Shown: in pieces, positions 61,550 to 64,000 of the stretch | Position numbering within the stretch: position 1 is the first letter of the stretch | How the letters are laid out: every line of letters starts with the position of its first letter | Assembly: GCA_002269645.1 (NCBI GenBank) | Contig: NIVC01002351.1 | Location: 117,790 to 181,789, forward strand | From: Macrostomum lignano | Lineage: Eukaryota | Direction: 5' to 3' | DNA: 64,000 nt | Program-made: the position numbers and the translations under genes | Notes under the pieces: model-generated | What the model was told of the DNA's origin: nothing | The model's input: the letters and a program-made list of their open reading frames with translations, nothing else | The model's database searches: none

Positions 61550-62832
61550 GTCCGTTCCTGCTGGCTCAACGTCGTCAGTCTGTGGGTAATCAGTAGAGTT
61601 CGTCAAGACGTGTTAAGCCCTGTCGTTGAGATAGCACGGGAAGCGAAGCAACTGGGTTAGCCAGGAGCAGTGAGTCCCCTTTTAGAACTGGGAGCTGGCG
61701 TCGCTACTGATGCTGCAGGCCAATCGCCTTCCGATTAGGAGGGGTGGGGCGAGTTCTCGTGCGTCACACGACATTGGTTGGCTGAGCAAAAGAGTGGATT
61801 TTGGGAGTTTCAGCGAATCGTTTCTAAAGCCGTATGGAATCAGGATTTCAAACAAGAATTGTCTGTTGGTAGTCATGGATTCGTGTACCTAGCCGTATCA
61901 GTTACAGTTTCTCAGGATAGCATACCAAGAGTTCAGGATGTGAGCACAGTGTTCTGCAGGATGTGAGCTTTGCACCAGCAATTTGAACTTGTTTAAATAA
62001 TTCTCTTTGCATTCGTTGTTGATTTTGTGTTTAAAATCAATACGCGCTTCGGGTCCCAATGGACTGCCTCTCGGAGAGCAGATTTAGCTGAAACCATTCA
62101 GCTCTGTTCACTTAGGCTCGTTCAATCAGGCTGGCTTTAGCGCTAATTCAATTTCAATCGGATGATGAAAGCTGGATCAGTCAGTTTAGATTGCTATTTT
62201 TGCAAAAAACCGCCGTATTTAACAAATGGATTATCGGTTAGAGCTTGATGTTAAAATAGATTTTCGAATTGACAGCTTAAAACCGCGGCTATTAGCGTAG
62301 AATCTCGTCGATTTTGTTATACTCGCAGTTCGACGTAATTACGTTATTACGTCTCGAATGCGGCACGCGAATCGGCAATCCAGTATTTTTATGCGCACTC
62401 CATAAAACTGCAATGAATACATTTCGGGCGAGAGATGGTTGGGAAAAATTGAGGATCTGGGTTAAGCCGCGAAATTTATTCCATTAGTCACAAAATACAG
62501 GGCACGCAATTGCGACTCCATAAAGGTAGTCAGTTGGCAATAAAATATCATATTGGGGAACAGATTTTAGTAAACTGGGACATGAAACTTTATGCCAAAA
62601 CTTTTATAGAAATATTTTACAGGCTGGTGTACCTAATTAGAACTCTGAGATTCAAAAAGGTAGCAACAAATCATTTAGTTGGGGTGGCTGAATATCTCAA
62701 GAGGTCCATAAACCCGGGTAGAGGTATCCGGAATTGATTCCGTGCTCGCCTATGAGACCTCAAGGAACGGAGTCCGTACACTGCTTGACGATAAGAAAGT
62801 TCAGGGGCGCTGCTAACACCCAGCCTGAGCAG

Positions 62833-63177
62833 CAGGCACGTCGTTACCGGGGGGGGGGACAGGGGGGACATGTCCCCCAGAAAAGCTCTGGGGGACATGC
62901 CAATGCTTTGTCCCCCACCCCACCTTGCCAGTCGTTTTGGTAATCAATACTTTTTCTACAGGGTGCTAAATATAGCGCCTTCGGCGCTAAAATGAGTGCC
63001 TGCAACGCTAAAATGAGTGCCTGCTGCGCTAAAATGAGTACCTGCGGCGCTATAATGAGTGCCTGCAGCGCAAAAATGAGTTCCTGCGGCGCTAAAATGA
63101 GTAGGCCTAAGTTTAGTCATGTACATCTTGAATTCTTGGCTTTGTCCCCCCACCATAAATCCATGGCGACGCCCTTG
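62833..63177. mobile_element. Short copy of the same hAT-like MITE as 51272-53011 (opposite orientation, ~6 satellite units)
   Basis: Ends CAGGCACGTCGTTA...TGGCGACGCCCTTG; the arms match 51272-51345 and 52950-53011 in reverse; degenerate flanks CCTGAGCA / CCCGAGCA. Confidence 0.8.
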
Positions 63178-63606
63178 CCCGAGCATGTGTATGCGCACAC
63201 ATCCACTTGTGTGCGTACAGCTCAGAGTGTCCGGGAATGACTGTTTGGCTGGCGGGTCAACTGTTTGCCTTGATCTGGGGGGCACAGCGCCCAACATCGA
63301 GAAAAATAACTGACTAAACATCTATTCGATTGACACTATAGTTTCTTTATGAAGTAAACTAGTCAGTGATGGTAAAGTGATGGTCCAAAATGGAACAAGT
63401 CACAAAACATTACAGGTCACAGGTAGCTTTCGATTTTGGTTTAAATTTTGCCAAACGAACGCATTCTGCAGTGATTAAAATTGGTTTATCGGTTTATTGA
63501 GGGCATAGGCATGCATGCGCCCGACGACTCTCGCATTGCAGTGCGTGTCTGTGTACAGTATTGGCGCTCCTGTATGAGCGATCAGGAGTCAGCGGAATGG
63601 GCGGAA

Positions 63607-63915
63607 TTAGTTGTGGGACGATGTCGTTAAAGGCGTTGCGCCAGGGTTTGTACACCTTTTCACTTTCCCTTTTGAACTACCTGCAGCCAATTTTAGTTTT
63701 ATTGCATCCTGTTCCGACAATTTTTGGTTGTGACGCAGCATTGTTTTTAAATCAGTTTCGACAAGCTGCGATACAGATTCAACATTTTGCACACATTCCA
63801 ACAAACAGTCGATCAGTTTTAACAACTGCCAACCAATTCCGGTCAAGTGAGGTAAGAAATTATCACCTACGCTTTTCTGGTTTTGAAATTTCCATTCCAA
63901 AAACTCTTCATAAAA
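63607..63915 (-). CDS. Possible terminal exon of a gene entering from beyond the window
   Basis: A non-repetitive, helical-looking open frame (FYEEFLEWKFQNQKSVGDNFLPHL...) with a CAG acceptor candidate near 63912 and AATAAA about 110 bp after the stop. Identity not established. Confidence 0.3.
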   Translation of the reverse strand, partial: FYEEFLEWKFQNQKSVGDNFLPHLTGIGWQLLKLIDCLLECVQNVESVSQLVETDLKTMLRHNQKLSEQDAIKLKLAAGSSKGKVKRCTNPGATPLTTSSHN

Positions 63916-64000
63916 TTCTGCACTTACATTATGAAAGCAGTTTACCAGGATCAATTAAATACAAACCGTTTAATCTATTCCTTATGGAAGCAACCATCGG

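Overview
This is a eukaryotic (invertebrate animal) genomic window: spliceosomal introns, GC-rich codons, and very many 17-30 bp minisatellites and (GACA)n/(TATC)n tracts. A free-living flatworm such as Macrostomum is a plausible source, but that is inference only. All well-supported genes are on the minus strand: a 6-exon alpha-arrestin (ARRDC, 16792-20913); a tandem trio of copines with intronless coding regions (22921-37491), the middle one split by an internally deleted Gypsy LTR retrotransposon (28611-31887, 5-bp TSD); a 3-exon insulin-like peptide not visible in the ORF track (42438-42984); a Na+/K+-ATPase alpha subunit (45979 to about 55938); and a neuropeptide precursor for seven W-x4-RL-amide peptides (61079-61549). 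Repeats include a tRNA-derived CORE-SINE (2 copies), several non-autonomous DNA transposons with 8-bp TSDs (one family hosts an expanding satellite), degraded LINE 3' ends and more than 10 minisatellite arrays. The most notable signals are: (1) ESCRT/Nedd4 late-domain motifs (PTAP/PSAP, PPxY) in the copine tails and in the adjacent arrestin; (2) the cryptic insulin-like peptide with an extra cysteine pair; (3) the AWHAGSRLamide precursor; (4) patchwork homogenisation among the copines; (5) a 5'-deleted Gypsy element whose pol frame is still open. Exon boundaries were read by hand and have no transcript support.
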